Shown: positions 42,897-53,201 of the stretch, piece after piece
How positions within the stretch are numbered: position 1 is the stretch's first letter
Layout of the letters: each line of letters starts with the position of its first letter
Source: Dehalococcoidales bacterium
GTDB lineage: Bacteria > Chloroflexota > Dehalococcoidia > Dehalococcoidales > RBG-16-60-22
Assembly: GCA_034434915.1 (NCBI GenBank)
Contig: DAOTYE010000001.1
Location: 29,844 to 93,843 of the forward strand
Length of the DNA stretch: 64,000 bases
Direction: 5' to 3'
Translations under genes and position numbers: made by a program
The notes under the pieces: generated by a model
Database searches by the model: none
What the model was told of the DNA's origin: nothing
Seen by the model: only the letters and a program-made list of their open reading frames with translations

Positions 42897-45800
42897 ATGA
42901 CCCTGGACTTAAGGATATTGTTTCGTAGTATTGCTGACTTGCCTGACTTTAAGAGTATTATCGCGGGGAAGGATGGAGAGGAGACTACGGTCTCCATTCT
43001 TGACGCGGCGAAGCCGTACCTCATCGGAGCGATTTACCACAGCAGGCACTCACCTGTGCTCATTGTGACCGCTCAGCCGGAAAACGCAAAGAAAATTGCC
43101 GAACAACTTGCCATCTGGACAAAGGTGCCGGTGACGTTTTTCCCGGAGCCTGATGCTCTGCCTTATGAGCGGCTAGCCGGAGACGTCACCACTGAGCTTG
43201 AGCGGGTTCAGGCGTTAGCACTATTGACCCAATGCCGCCAGGAGACATTAGAAGAGATGCCTCTCATGGTAACCTCTGCGGCAGGGCTGATGAGCAAGGT
43301 GACTTCATACGCAGACTTTGCCGCGGGATGCCACGTAGTGCGTGAGGGCATGGAGATAGACCCTCTGAAATTGCTCCGGCGGTGGGAAGCCATAGGCTAT
43401 ACTATGGAGAGTCTGGTGGAGATGCCCGGGACGATGGGTCGGCGTGGTGGCATCATTGACATCTACCCTCCCACCAGCGACTTCCCGGCGCGGCTTGAGT
43501 TCTTCGGCAATACAGTGGACAGTATCAGGCTCTTTGACCCGTCAAGCCAGCGTTCATTGCGCGCGATTCCGGCTCTCAGCATCAGTCCGGCAACAGAGCT
43601 TCTCAAGCCGCTTGCCGCGGGTAACGAGGAGCTGAGGCAAATTCTCAGCAGACTTGACCTGTCCCGGTGCAGTGATGAGGCTAAGGCGCAGTTCCAGCAG
43701 GACATCGCCCTGATGCTCAATCGCCAGAAGCCCCGGGAAAGGTTATTCTACGCCCCCCTGTTCAATAGCGATTCTATTCTGAGCTATCTGCCGGCTGATT
43801 CACTTCTGGTTCTTGACCAGCCGGGAGAGATTGAGCAGGAGATGGAAAAGCTTGAGGCAGAGGCGCAGGAGCTGTATTCAGAAAGCCTGGCGCGCGGTGA
43901 ACTGCCGGACAACTTCCCCAAGCCTTACCTCACCTGGAGCGAACTGGAGCCTCTCTGGCAGGAACGGAGACGTCTGTTGCTTACAGCATGGGGTGGCGGC
44001 GATGGGTCAATTTCTTTGCCGTTCAGCACGGCGCCAAGCTTCGGTGGGCAACTGCCGTCATTCCTTAAAAAGGCGGAACAGCTCATGGAGTTAAAAAACA
44101 GAGTCATCATTGTCAGCCACCAGGCAAGCCGGCTCTCTGAGCTTTTTGCCGGGGAAGATGTTTTCACGGTGCCGGTCAGTGAGCTGAAAGCGGAACCTCA
44201 GCCGGGCTCGCTGACGCTGGTGCAGGGCATTCTGGCGGAGGGCTGGGTGCTGAACCATGATACTTATCTCTTCACTGATGCAGAAATCTTTGGCTTTGTG
44301 AAGCAGAGAAGACTGGCGAAGAAACGCCCTGTACCACACCATATCCTTTTATTTGACATAAAGCCAGGCGACTACGTGGTTCATGTGGAGCACGGCGTTG
44401 CCCGGTTTGCCGGTGTGACCACGCTGAGCGCTGACGGCGTCCAGAAGGAGTACCTCGTCCTGCAATACGCGGCGGGAGATAAACTTTATGTCCCCACCGA
44501 CCAGATTGACCGTGTGAGCCGGTACATCGGGGCAGGGGACAGACCGCCGGTGCTGAGCCGGCTGGGCACGCAGGAATGGAGCCGCACCAAGCGGAAGGCG
44601 AAAGAGGCGGCGGAGGAGCTGGCTCAGGAGTTGCTGGCGCTCTACGCGACACGCGAGGTGGTGCCGGGATTTGCTTTTTCAAAAGACACGCTCTGGCAGC
44701 AGGAGCTTGAGGCTTCCTTTCCTTATGTGGAGACGCTAGACCAGCTTGAAGCGGTGAAATCAGTGAAACTTGACATGGAGAAACCCAGACCGATGGACAG
44801 GCTGGTCTGCGGAGATGTGGGCTATGGCAAGACAGAGGTTGCCCTGCGCGCCGCATTCAAGGCGGTAATGGACGGCAAGCAGGTTGCCATGCTGGTGCCG
44901 ACAACTGTTCTGGCGGAACAGCACTACGCCACCTTCAGTGAACGGCTCAAAGCCTTCCCGGTAAGGGTTGAATCGCTCAGTCGGTTCAGGTCGCCGCGGG
45001 AACAGAGAGATGTCCTAGAGGGGCTGGTGAACGGCACAGTGGACATCGTCATCGGTACGCACCGTCTGCTTCAGAAAGACGTCATCTTCAAAGACCTCGG
45101 TTTGCTCATCATTGATGAGGAGCAACGCTTCGGCGTCCTGCATAAAGAGCACCTGAAGAAACTGCGCCGCGAGGTGGATGTGCTTACCTTGAGTGCCACG
45201 CCCATCCCGCGCACCCTGCACATGGCGCTGGTGGGCGTAAGGGACATGAGCACCATGGAAACGCCTCCAGATGAGCGCCTGCCGGTGAAGACCTACGTGG
45301 CTGAATACGACGACCGGCTGGTCCGGGAGGCTATCCTGCGCGAGCTTGAGCGCAACGGACAGGTATTCTTTGTCCATAACCGGGTGCAGAGCATCGCCCT
45401 CATCGCCAGCAGGCTGAGGTCGCTGGTACCGGAGGCAAAGATTGACATCGCCCACGGGCAGATGCCTGAGGAAAAACTTGAGGCGGTGATGACCGGCTTC
45501 GCTCAGGGGAAGAGTGATGTCCTGGTCTGCAGCACCATTATAGAGTCCGGTCTGGACATGCCCCGCGTAAACACTCTCATTGTGAACCAGGCGGACAAGC
45601 TGGGGTTAACGCAATTGTATCAGCTGAGGGGTAGGGTGGGCAGGGGGGAGAACCTCGCCTACGCCTATTTTCTCTATGATAAAGGCAAGCATATCACCCA
45701 CACTGCTCAGAAGCGACTGAGGACAATCTATGAAGCGACCGAGCTTGGTGCAGGGTTCACCATTGCCGTGAAGGACCTGGAAATCAGAGGCGCCGGCACA

Positions 45801-46352
45801 CTCCTGGGCACGAAGCAGAGCGGCTACATCAGCGCCATAGGCTTCAATCTATACTGCCGGCTTCTCGCCGAGGCGGTTGAAGAACAAAAAGAGAAGATGA
45901 GGGGTATTCAGGAGCCCAAGCCGCCAAAGTTCCCCGCTCCCACCATTGACCTCCCGCTCACGGCATTTATCCCGGAGGACTACGTGGCAGACGTGGAGAC
46001 ACGGCTGAGCCTCTATCAGAAGATGGTCAAACTGGACGATGTGGAGCAGATAGAAATGCTCAGGCAGGAGATGACTGACCGCTTTGGCACGCCGCCGGAG
46101 GAAGTGAGTAACCTGCTCTACGTGGTCAGGATTAAACTCCTCGCCAAGAAAGCCAGGCTGGAGTCAATCTCCGTGGAGGAAGGGCAGATTGTGCTGAGGC
46201 GGTTTGAGGGCATGACGTTTGATAGGAAAAGGCTTGAGCCCTTCATGCAGGAAGGCGTCAAGGTGGGCATCAGCCAGATACGCCTGAACCCGGCACGACT
46301 GCACAACTGGAAGGTGGTGCTGGAGGGAGTGGTGGGGATGGTGTTGACATAA
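42897..46352 (+). CDS. mfd: transcription-repair coupling factor
   Basis: 1151 aa with a UvrB-homology N-terminus, the RNAP-interacting region ([14 protein letters not shown]), a superfamily-2 helicase core ([39 protein letters not shown]) and a TRG motif. Confidence 0.95.
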   Translation: MTLDLRILFRSIADLPDFKSIIAGKDGEETTVSILDAAKPYLIGAIYHSRHSPVLIVTAQPENAKKIAEQLAIWTKVPVTFFPEPDALPYERLAGDVTTELERVQALALLTQCRQETLEEMPLMVTSAAGLMSKVTSYADFAAGCHVVREGMEIDPLKLLRRWEAIGYTMESLVEMPGTMGRRGGIIDIYPPTSDFPARLEFFGNTVDSIRLFDPSSQRSLRAIPALSISPATELLKPLAAGNEELRQILSRLDLSRCSDEAKAQFQQDIALMLNRQKPRERLFYAPLFNSDSILSYLPADSLLVLDQPGEIEQEMEKLEAEAQELYSESLARGELPDNFPKPYLTWSELEPLWQERRRLLLTAWGGGDGSISLPFSTAPSFGGQLPSFLKKAEQLMELKNRVIIVSHQASRLSELFAGEDVFTVPVSELKAEPQPGSLTLVQGILAEGWVLNHDTYLFTDAEIFGFVKQRRLAKKRPVPHHILLFDIKPGDYVVHVEHGVARFAGVTTLSADGVQKEYLVLQYAAGDKLYVPTDQIDRVSRYIGAGDRPPVLSRLGTQEWSRTKRKAKEAAEELAQELLALYATREVVPGFAFSKDTLWQQELEASFPYVETLDQLEAVKSVKLDMEKPRPMDRLVCGDVGYGKTEVALRAAFKAVMDGKQVAMLVPTTVLAEQHYATFSERLKAFPVRVESLSRFRSPREQRDVLEGLVNGTVDIVIGTHRLLQKDVIFKDLGLLIIDEEQRFGVLHKEHLKKLRREVDVLTLSATPIPRTLHMALVGVRDMSTMETPPDERLPVKTYVAEYDDRLVREAILRELERNGQVFFVHNRVQSIALIASRLRSLVPEAKIDIAHGQMPEEKLEAVMTGFAQGKSDVLVCSTIIESGLDMPRVNTLIVNQADKLGLTQLYQLRGRVGRGENLAYAYFLYDKGKHITHTAQKRLRTIYEATELGAGFTIAVKDLEIRGAGTLLGTKQSGYISAIGFNLYCRLLAEAVEEQKEKMRGIQEPKPPKFPAPTIDLPLTAFIPEDYVADVETRLSLYQKMVKLDDVEQIEMLRQEMTDRFGTPPEEVSNLLYVVRIKLLAKKARLESISVEEGQIVLRRFEGMTFDRKRLEPFMQEGVKVGISQIRLNPARLHNWKVVLEGVVGMVLT

Positions 46353-46624
46353 AAATGTTTTCGGCAAGACTGCAAAGTTAGGGGTCTAAATTCATATAGC
46401 GTGTATCTAAAAATCTTGGAGTAAAAACTCTCTTAGTGCTGGACATTTTATGCAAGAAATCATGCCTCGTATCAAGGTTTCTAAACCTAGTTTGATTCTG
46501 GCTTGCATTAAATGAGCACGGTCAGATTCTTTAAACCATCTCACTGATACCTTTTTCGCCTTTTTTATGCTATACTCTTTGAGAATAAGAAGCGTTCCAA
46601 GCAATTGTAATTAAGGAGGTCTGA

Positions 46625-47281
46625 ATGCTCGTCCGTGATATCATGACCAAGGATGTCATCACCGTAACTCCGGATACCCATCTCATTGAGGTCAAGCGGC
46701 TGGTGGAGGAAAACAAGCTGAAGCGTATCCCGGTGGTAGACAGCAAGGGTAGATTGCTGGGCGTGGTTACTGATGGCATGGTGACTTCTATCTCCTCCCA
46801 GTATGCCGGCGCCAAGAACTGGTATGACTATGCTTACAATGTGGGCGCCATGTTCCGCACACCGGTCAAAGAGGTGATGAACAAGGCGGTGGTCACGGTC
46901 AAACCCAATGCCACCGTGGAAGAAGCGCTTGCCCTCGCTCAGATGAAGCGGGTAGGCTCGCTCATCGTTGTGGATGATAATAACAAGGTCGTGGGCATCG
47001 TGACAACGAACGACTTTTTCTACCGCATTGTCAACCCGGTGCTGGGCATCGGTCTGCCGGGCTACCGGCTCTGGGTTGAGGATGGCGGAGAAGGTAAAGC
47101 ACTTGAGGAAATCATCTCCACCATCAATAAACTGTGCGCCAAGATTGTGACTCTCCACATCATTGTCCCCCCTGACCATGAGAAGAAAGACCTCGTTATC
47201 CATGTTGATTGTGAGAAGCCGGAAGAGCTGATTGAGGCTCTCAGAAAGAAAGGCTACGAAGCAGACATCAGGCGCCGTTAA
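46625..47281 (+). CDS. CBS-pair domain protein with a C-terminal ACT-like domain
   Basis: Two CBS motifs (VRDIMTKDVITVTPDT...IPVVDSKGRLLGVVT and VKEVMNKAVVTVKPNA...LIVVDDNNKVVGIVT). AAGGAGG lies 7 nt upstream of the ATG. Confidence 0.85.
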   Translation: MLVRDIMTKDVITVTPDTHLIEVKRLVEENKLKRIPVVDSKGRLLGVVTDGMVTSISSQYAGAKNWYDYAYNVGAMFRTPVKEVMNKAVVTVKPNATVEEALALAQMKRVGSLIVVDDNNKVVGIVTTNDFFYRIVNPVLGIGLPGYRLWVEDGGEGKALEEIISTINKLCAKIVTLHIIVPPDHEKKDLVIHVDCEKPEELIEALRKKGYEADIRRR

Positions 47282-47296
47282 GGCATAAGTCCTACC

Positions 47297-48022
47297 GTGG
47301 TTAGAAAGCGGATTGACAGCCTGCTGGTGACGCGGGGGCTGGCGGAAAGCAGGGCAAAGGCGCAAGCCCTCATCATGGCGGGGGAGGTGTCTGTGGGTGG
47401 TGAGCCGGTCACCAAAGCAGGGACGCTGGTTGATGAGGCGGCGGACATCACTGTGCTGGCACCGCCGCCTTTTGTCAGCCGCGGCGGAATCAAGCTGGAG
47501 CATGCTCTGGAACAGTTCAAACTGGATATCTCCGGCAAAGTGGCGGCAGACATTGGCGCTTCCACCGGCGGCTTCACTGATTGCCTGCTGAAGCGCGGTG
47601 TTCAACGGGTCTATGCCATTGATGTGGGCTATGGACAGTTAGACTACCGCCTGAGGCAGGACAAGCGCGTGGTGGTGATGGAGCGGATAAATGCCCGCAA
47701 CCCAATCCCGCTTCCAGAGAAGATAGACATCATCACCATTGACCTCTCCTTTATTTCAGTGACGAAGGTGATTCCATCTGTGGCAGAGTTGCTCAAAGAC
47801 GATGGCTTCATGGTGGTGCTCATCAAGCCCCAGTTTGAGGGGAAGCGGGAGGATGTGGGAAAAGGAGGCATCATCAAAGACCCATTTCTTCATGCCAAAA
47901 TTTTGGGGCGGTTCATCACCTGGGCAGTAGGGAGAGGGTACAGGCTGAAGGGTCTGGTGGAATCACCCATTCTGGGGGCGGAAGGAAACCGGGAATTCTT
48001 TGTGTTGTTAAAGAAATCCTGA
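47297..48022 (+). CDS. tlyA: TlyA-family rRNA (cytidine-2'-O)-methyltransferase
   Basis: S4 domain (RIDSLLVTRGLAESRAKAQALI) plus FtsJ-like methyltransferase (DIGASTGGFTDCLL, DLSFIS); GTG start. Confidence 0.9.
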   Translation: MVRKRIDSLLVTRGLAESRAKAQALIMAGEVSVGGEPVTKAGTLVDEAADITVLAPPPFVSRGGIKLEHALEQFKLDISGKVAADIGASTGGFTDCLLKRGVQRVYAIDVGYGQLDYRLRQDKRVVVMERINARNPIPLPEKIDIITIDLSFISVTKVIPSVAELLKDDGFMVVLIKPQFEGKREDVGKGGIIKDPFLHAKILGRFITWAVGRGYRLKGLVESPILGAEGNREFFVLLKKS

Positions 48023-48038
48023 AAGCATTATGTTCTAT

Positions 48039-48067
48039 TTGACCCTCTTTCAGCGTAGAGTTATAAT
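48039..48067 (+). promoter_or_regulatory. sigma70-type promoter of purF
   Basis: TTGACC (48039-48044), 17-nt spacer, TATAAT (48062-48067). The track start ATG 48070 is only 3 nt from the -10, so it is unlikely to be used. Confidence 0.55.
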
Positions 48068-48105
48068 TAATGTGCGGGGTCAATCTGGGACCAGATAAGA
48101 GGCAA

Positions 48106-49512
48106 ATGGCGTTGCGGGAAAGCTGCGGAGTCTTCGGCGTATATGCCCCTAAAGAAGATGTCGCCCGTCTCACCTTCTTCGGTCTATTCGCCTTACAGCA
48201 CCGTGGTCAGGAAAGCGCTGGCATTGCCACGGCTGACGGCGAAAAGCTAAACGTATATGCTGATATGGGACTGGTCTCCCAGGTCTTTGATGAAGCCAGC
48301 CTCAAGCACCTTACCGGCTATATCGCCATCGGGCACAACCGCTATTCCACCACCGGCTCCAGCCGTGCCTGCAATGCCCAGCCAATAATCGTAGGCAACG
48401 ATTCTGGTACGCTTGCCATCGCCCATAACGGCAATATCATCAACTCCAGGCACCTTTACGAAGAGCTCACCGAGCTTGGTTTTAGCTTTAAAAGCTCCAC
48501 CGATACTGAGGTCATCGGCGACCTTATTCTGGCTTCGCCAGGAAAGACGTGGCTTGAGCGGATAAGGTCAGCCATGCGCCGCCTACAGGGGGCATACTCC
48601 CTCGTCATTCTGACCCGGGACACGCTCTATGGTGCCCGCGACCCCTTTGGTGTCCGCCCGCTGTGCCTGGGCATGATTGACAGCGGCTGGGTGCTCGCCT
48701 CAGAAAGCTGTGCCCTGGACCACATCGGCGCCAATTTCGTCCGCGAGGTTGAGCCGGGTGAAATCGTCATGATTAATGCCGCTGGCGTGAAAAGTGATAA
48801 AGGAGAGGTGGGCAGACGCGCCCTCTGCATCTTTGAGTATATTTACTTCGCCCGTCCGGATAGCCTGATTAATGGGAGATTGCTTTACCTGGCACGGCAG
48901 GAGATGGGTGCCACCCTGGCGCGCGAACATCCAGTAGAGGCAGATTTGGTCATCGGCGTGCCTGATTCTGCCATCAGCGCGGCGATTGGCTACTCCCGTG
49001 AGTCCGGGATTCCTCTTGGTGAAGGGCTGACCAAAAACCGCTACGTCGGACGGACGTTCATCGCTCCTGACCAGCGCATCCGCGACCTTGGCGTCAAGCT
49101 CAAATTCAATCCGCTTCCCCAGGTGCTCAAAGACAAGCGGCTGGTCGTGGTTGATGACAGCATCGTCCGCGGCACAACCACCCCCAGTGTGGTAAAGATT
49201 TTGCGCCGCGCCGGGGCAAAGGAAGTCCACATGCGCATCTGTGCGCCACCCATCCGCTACCCGTGCTTCTTCGGTGTGGATATGGCGACGCGCCGCGAGC
49301 TTATCGCCTCTCACAAGACCGTCCCGGAAATCCGCGATTTCATCGGCGCAGACACGCTGGGCTATATCAGCATTGAAGGGCTGGTGAGGTCAGTGGCTCT
49401 GCCCCGGGACAATTTCTGTCTTGCCTGTTTCACCGGTGATTATCCGGTGCCGGTCCAGCTTGAGATGGACAAGCTGGCGCTGGAGACCCCGGCACACCCC
49501 AGGGCTTTGTAG
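48106..49512 (+). CDS. purF: amidophosphoribosyltransferase
   Basis: Short propeptide MALRES followed by CGVFGVYA (Ntn Cys). HRGQESAGIA, GHNRYST, VDDSIVRGTT and Fe-S ligand cysteines near the C-terminus (CLACFTG). AAGAGG lies upstream of ATG 48106. Confidence 0.9.
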   Translation: MALRESCGVFGVYAPKEDVARLTFFGLFALQHRGQESAGIATADGEKLNVYADMGLVSQVFDEASLKHLTGYIAIGHNRYSTTGSSRACNAQPIIVGNDSGTLAIAHNGNIINSRHLYEELTELGFSFKSSTDTEVIGDLILASPGKTWLERIRSAMRRLQGAYSLVILTRDTLYGARDPFGVRPLCLGMIDSGWVLASESCALDHIGANFVREVEPGEIVMINAAGVKSDKGEVGRRALCIFEYIYFARPDSLINGRLLYLARQEMGATLAREHPVEADLVIGVPDSAISAAIGYSRESGIPLGEGLTKNRYVGRTFIAPDQRIRDLGVKLKFNPLPQVLKDKRLVVVDDSIVRGTTTPSVVKILRRAGAKEVHMRICAPPIRYPCFFGVDMATRRELIASHKTVPEIRDFIGADTLGYISIEGLVRSVALPRDNFCLACFTGDYPVPVQLEMDKLALETPAHPRAL

Positions 49513-49538
49513 CCTTCTTTTATCAATAGTTTGACGGT

Positions 49539-49567
49539 TTGACAAAGCATACTCTTTGCTATATAGT
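49539..49567 (+). promoter_or_regulatory. sigma70-type promoter of lexA
   Basis: TTGACA (49539-49544), 17-nt spacer, TATAGT (49562-49567). Confidence 0.6.
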
Positions 49568-49569
49568 AT

Positions 49570-49583
49570 AGAACAGGTGTTCT
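49570..49583. promoter_or_regulatory. LexA operator (SOS box) AGAACAGGTGTTCT
   Basis: Perfect palindrome AGAAC-N4-GTTCT, 2 nt after the -10 of the lexA promoter. It contains the GAAC-N4-GTTC core of the Gram-positive-type (Cheo box) operator. Confidence 0.7.
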
Positions 49584-49605
49584 TTGGAGGTCATGCGGCT
49601 GAGAG

Positions 49606-50247
49606 ATGGCGATGAAACTGTCAGATAAACAGAGACGCATACTTGACTTCATCAGCAGTTTTCTGGAGGACCGGGGCTATCCTCCCACGGTGAGGGACAT
49701 TGTAAGTGGCTGTGGCATCAGCTCCACCTCTGTGGTTGACTATCACCTGAACATACTGGAGAGAGAAGGCTACCTCAGACGCCAGCCGGAGATTTCACGT
49801 GGCATTGAGCTTCTGGGTCGTTCATCTCCGGCGCGGCGCGTGCAGGTGCCCGTCATCGGCTTGATTGCCGCCGGCACACCCATTCCTGTTCCCACCGCGG
49901 ATACATGGGATGTCACTGCCTCTGCTGAGCGCCTGGAAGTGACTCCTGACTTAACACGGGGCAGGGAAGGCATCTATGCCTTGAAGGTGAAAGGGTCATC
50001 CATGATTGATGCTCTTATAGGTGATGGAGATATTGTGCTGATGCAGTATGTCAACACGGTGGAAAACGGAGATATGGCGGCGGTATGGCTTAAAGCGGAG
50101 AAGGAGGCTACTCTGAAGAAGGTCTATTTTGAGGGAGAACGGGTGCGGCTTCAGCCTGCCAATGAACGGATGAAACCGCTCTATGTCAATCCAGACAACA
50201 TAGAGATTCAAGGAAGGGTAATTGCCGTCATCAGACGGCTGGAGTAA
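49606..50247 (+). CDS. lexA: LexA repressor
   Basis: LSDKQRRILDFI...GYPPTVRDI wHTH, cleavage-site region IGLIAAGTPI, and the S24 peptidase domain (VKGSSMIDALIGDGDIV...LQPAN). Confidence 0.95.
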   Translation: MAMKLSDKQRRILDFISSFLEDRGYPPTVRDIVSGCGISSTSVVDYHLNILEREGYLRRQPEISRGIELLGRSSPARRVQVPVIGLIAAGTPIPVPTADTWDVTASAERLEVTPDLTRGREGIYALKVKGSSMIDALIGDGDIVLMQYVNTVENGDMAAVWLKAEKEATLKKVYFEGERVRLQPANERMKPLYVNPDNIEIQGRVIAVIRRLE

Positions 50248-50259
50248 GGGAAATCATGG

Positions 50260-50327
50260 CTTGATTTGATTTTTGCCGGCAATGAGTATAGACTTGATTT
50301 GATTTCTGCCGGCGGATAGGTATAGTA
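50260..50327 (+). repeat. imperfect tandem duplication (33/35 bp) of a promoter-like module
   Basis: Copy 1 is CTTGATTTGATTTTTGCCGGCAATGAGTATAGA (50260-50292). Copy 2 is CTTGATTTGATTTCTGCCGGCGGATAGGTATAGTA (50293-50327). Copy 2 gives TTGATT-N16-TATAGT. Copy 1 carries the 10-bp palindrome TTGCCGGCAA. Confidence 0.7.
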
Positions 50328-50384
50328 TATCGGCAGAGAGTGGCGCATGAAGGGACTTTGCCTGACCAGTCAGAGAAGAGAGCT

Positions 50385-50954
50385 ATGATTTTAGAGCAAT
50401 TTCAATCTGTTGGGCGTGACCTTTTCACCCGTGGTCTGGTCTCTTCAAACAGCGGCAACCTCAGCATACGCATCGGCGACCGTATCTTCATCACCCGCCG
50501 TGGCTGTCTCCTTGGCGCATTACAGGAAAACGATTTGATTGAGACCGGTGTTGTCAAGAATAGCCGCAGTACTCCTATGGCTTCAATTGAGCTTCCGGTC
50601 CACCGTGCCATTTACAGGGAGACGCAGGCATTAGCCATCGTCCATGCACATCCGCCTCATGCCATTGCTCTTTCTCTCAAGAAGAAAGAGATTGTGCCTA
50701 CCGGCGATGAGGGAATTTCCATCATGGACCGCGTGCCGGTGGTAGGGTGGGACATGGAGGTCAAGCCCGGGGGACTGGCAGATGTCATTGCGTCAGCACT
50801 GAAAGAACATAAGGTGATTATGGCGCGCGGGCACGGAAGCTTCGCCATCGGTCAGCTTCTGGAAGACGCGTATAATTTGACCACCGCTCTGGAACAGGTC
50901 TGCCAGATAATGTGCCTGTTCAATTCCATGCATACAGAGAAGCCCAAAAAGTAG
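50385..50954 (+). CDS. class II aldolase/adducin-family protein (FucA/MtnB-like)
   Basis: GLVSSNSGNLSIR, ELPVHRAIY, IVHAHPPHAIAL and ARGHGSF. ATG 50385 gives the usual spacing to GN(L)S. GTG 50340 is the longer alternative. Confidence 0.75.
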   Translation: MILEQFQSVGRDLFTRGLVSSNSGNLSIRIGDRIFITRRGCLLGALQENDLIETGVVKNSRSTPMASIELPVHRAIYRETQALAIVHAHPPHAIALSLKKKEIVPTGDEGISIMDRVPVVGWDMEVKPGGLADVIASALKEHKVIMARGHGSFAIGQLLEDAYNLTTALEQVCQIMCLFNSMHTEKPKK

Positions 50955-51881
50955 CTATTTCTTCTTTCTGGGATAGACGGGAGTGCACCAGTCCAGATAC
51001 TTGGGATTGTTTCCTTTGATGACGTCAAAATAGATTTTCTGTAGCTTCTTGGTGATTCTGCCGATTTCCCCGTTGCCGATGGGACGGTGGTCTATCTCTG
51101 ACACCGGCGTGATATGCGCCGCCGTCCCGGTCATGAAGCACTCATCTGCGGTATAGAGCTCACTGCGGTCAATGGGGCGCTCAATGGTCTCCAGCTTCAG
51201 CTCATTTTTTGCCAGCTTGATGACCGTGTCCCGGGTAATGCCGGGCAGTATGCTGTCTGATAGGCGGGTGGTCACCAGCTTGCCGTCAATCACCAAAAAG
51301 ATGTTTTCGCCACTGCATTCAGAGACATGCCCATCAGGCGTGAGCATGATTGCCTCATCATAGCCGTTCTCAATCGCCTCGGTCTTGGCAAGGGAGTTAT
51401 TGACATATATGCCGCAGATTTTGCCGCTGGGCGGGATGGCATTATCATCCGGGCGCCGCCAGGAAGAGATACAGCATCTGGCTTTATCCACATCAATATA
51501 CTTGCCCCAGGGGATGGTGAGGATGAAGATGTCATCTTCCAGGCCGTGGAGCCTCAGCCCCAGCGCTTCAGAGCTTTTGTAAGCTACCGGACGGATATAC
51601 ATATCTTCTTTATTACCGCATTTCCGGATTAGCTCCACGGTAATATCGCAGAGCTCATTCACGGATTGGGGCAGGTTTATTTTAAGCAGTTTACAACCGT
51701 TGAGCAATCGCCGGTAGTGCTCCGGAAGACGGAAGATATACATCTGCTCCTGTTCTTTGTTCCAGTTCCCGCGGATGCCCTCAAAGACTGCGGTGCCGTA
51801 GTGCAGGGAGTGAGTCATGATGCTGACTCTGGCGTCCGCGAGAGGAACAAACTTCTTCTGAAAGTAAGCATAGGCAGGCAT
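50955..51881 (-). CDS. ilvE: branched-chain-amino-acid aminotransferase
   Basis: HSLHYGTAVFEGIR, YIRP, EAIMLTPDGHVSECSGENIF, LPGITR and fold-type IV PLP blocks. It ends back-to-back (0 nt gap) with the convergent aldolase gene. Confidence 0.95.
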   Translation of the reverse strand: MPAYAYFQKKFVPLADARVSIMTHSLHYGTAVFEGIRGNWNKEQEQMYIFRLPEHYRRLLNGCKLLKINLPQSVNELCDITVELIRKCGNKEDMYIRPVAYKSSEALGLRLHGLEDDIFILTIPWGKYIDVDKARCCISSWRRPDDNAIPPSGKICGIYVNNSLAKTEAIENGYDEAIMLTPDGHVSECSGENIFLVIDGKLVTTRLSDSILPGITRDTVIKLAKNELKLETIERPIDRSELYTADECFMTGTAAHITPVSEIDHRPIGNGEIGRITKKLQKIYFDVIKGNNPKYLDWCTPVYPRKKK

Positions 51882-52135
51882 ACCGGTCTCCTTACAGTTT
51901 AACTATAATTCCCCATTATAGTAGCAACGAGATGAAAAAACAAGCTGGCAGACAGGTATCAGTTCAAGCACCAGTTTTAGCATCTTTTCAAAAACAGGAA
52001 AATGGATGACGTGATGGCGATTCAGAGCATAGCTCTTACTGGGAGGCAGTCTAATTAAGGCGTGAGAGATTGATGCGCCGGTGAAAAGCGGCAATAAATA
52101 GCTTATGTCTGTTGTTTTCCAACGGAAAAGATGCC

Positions 52136-52164
52136 TTGACATGACCATTTTCGGGCAATATAGT
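52136..52164 (+). promoter_or_regulatory. sigma70-type promoter of the E1 alpha/beta bicistron
   Basis: TTGACA (52136-52141), 17-nt spacer, TATAGT (52159-52164). GGAGGTG lies 5 nt before TTG 52201. Confidence 0.6.
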
Positions 52165-52200
52165 GGGATTGGGATATTGAGAGCTTGACGGAGGTGATGC

Positions 52201-53193
52201 TTGGTTGTCAGTATTTCCGAGCGTGCTATTTCCTCTGCGCTGACTAAAGAGAAGCTGGCTGATTTGTACCGGGTGATGGTGCGTATCCGCGCTTTTGAAG
52301 AGCGGGTGGCAAAAGAGTTCAATCGCGGCAAAATACCATGTCATGCTCATCTTTACATCGGACAGGAGGCAATCGCCACCGGCGCCTGCGCCAGCCTGCG
52401 ACCTGACGATTATATCATCAGCAATCACCGCGGGCATGGACATCTCATCGCCAAGGGCGGCAGGACTGACCTCATGATGGCGGAGCTGTTCGGGAAAAGG
52501 ACCGGGTATTGCAAAGGCAAGGGCGGCTCCATGCACTGCGCAGATTTTGACCTGGGCATCCTGGGGGCTAACGGCATCGTGGGTGCGGGCATCACCATTG
52601 CTGGCGGCGCGGCACTCACCGCCAAACTGAAAAAGACGGGGCAGGTCTGCGTCTGCTTCTTCGGCGATGGCGCCTCAAATACCTCGCGGTTCCATGAGGG
52701 CATTAACTTTGCCTCCATTCTAAAGCTACCCGTGGTCTATATCGCGGAAAACAATCAGTATGCCATCAGCGTGCCTTTCAACTATGCGTCAAATGTGGCC
52801 CGAATAGCTGACCGAGCCTGTGCTTACGGTATCCCGGGCAAGACGATTGATGGCAACGATGTCCTAACGGTTTATGATACGGTGAGGGAAGCGGTGGAGA
52901 GGGCGCGCCATGGCGGTGGTCCATCGCTTATTGAGTGCCAGACGTTCCGCTGGGCGGGGCATTATACCAGCGACCCTCAGAGCTATGTCAGCAAGGAAGT
53001 GATTGATGAGTGGAAGAAAAATGACCCCATTCCGAGGTTCCGGAAATACCTCGTTGAGCGTGGTTTTTTGACCGCAGAAGAAGTAGAAAGAATTCACCGG
53101 GAAATCAGCGATGAGATTGAAACGGCGGTCAAGTTCGCTGATGAGAGCCCGTATCCGGCGCCGGAAGAAACGCTGGAAGACGTTTATGCGTAG
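52201..53193 (+). CDS. thiamine-diphosphate-dependent 2-oxoacid (pyruvate/acetoin/branched-chain) dehydrogenase E1 alpha subunit
   Basis: MVRIRAFEERV, YIGQEA, HRGHGH, KGKGGSMH and the TPP motif GDGASNTSRFHEGINFA...ENNQYAIS; TTG start. Confidence 0.9.
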   Translation: MVVSISERAISSALTKEKLADLYRVMVRIRAFEERVAKEFNRGKIPCHAHLYIGQEAIATGACASLRPDDYIISNHRGHGHLIAKGGRTDLMMAELFGKRTGYCKGKGGSMHCADFDLGILGANGIVGAGITIAGGAALTAKLKKTGQVCVCFFGDGASNTSRFHEGINFASILKLPVVYIAENNQYAISVPFNYASNVARIADRACAYGIPGKTIDGNDVLTVYDTVREAVERARHGGGPSLIECQTFRWAGHYTSDPQSYVSKEVIDEWKKNDPIPRFRKYLVERGFLTAEEVERIHREISDEIETAVKFADESPYPAPEETLEDVYA

Positions 53194-53201
53194 GTGCAGA
53201 A

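Noticed and set aside
46565-47605. 346-aa minus-strand ORF spanning the CBS gene, the intergenic gap and the tlyA start.
   Set aside because: It runs antisense to two genes with clear family signatures and crosses their intergenic region. It has no recognisable motifs and is a shadow ORF.
48070-48105. purF start at ATG 48070 (MCGVNLGPDKRQ...).
   Set aside because: This ATG is 3 nt downstream of a TTGACC-N17-TATAAT promoter, so it would lie upstream of the transcript start. ATG 48106 has an AAGAGG RBS and leaves the usual short propeptide before the catalytic Cys.
51903-52536. Minus-strand ORFs of 142 and 161 aa in and around the ilvE / E1-alpha divergent spacer.
   Set aside because: They overlap a near-consensus plus-strand promoter and the 5' end of the E1 alpha gene. 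They have no motifs, and the 161-aa ORF is antisense to a TPP-enzyme gene.
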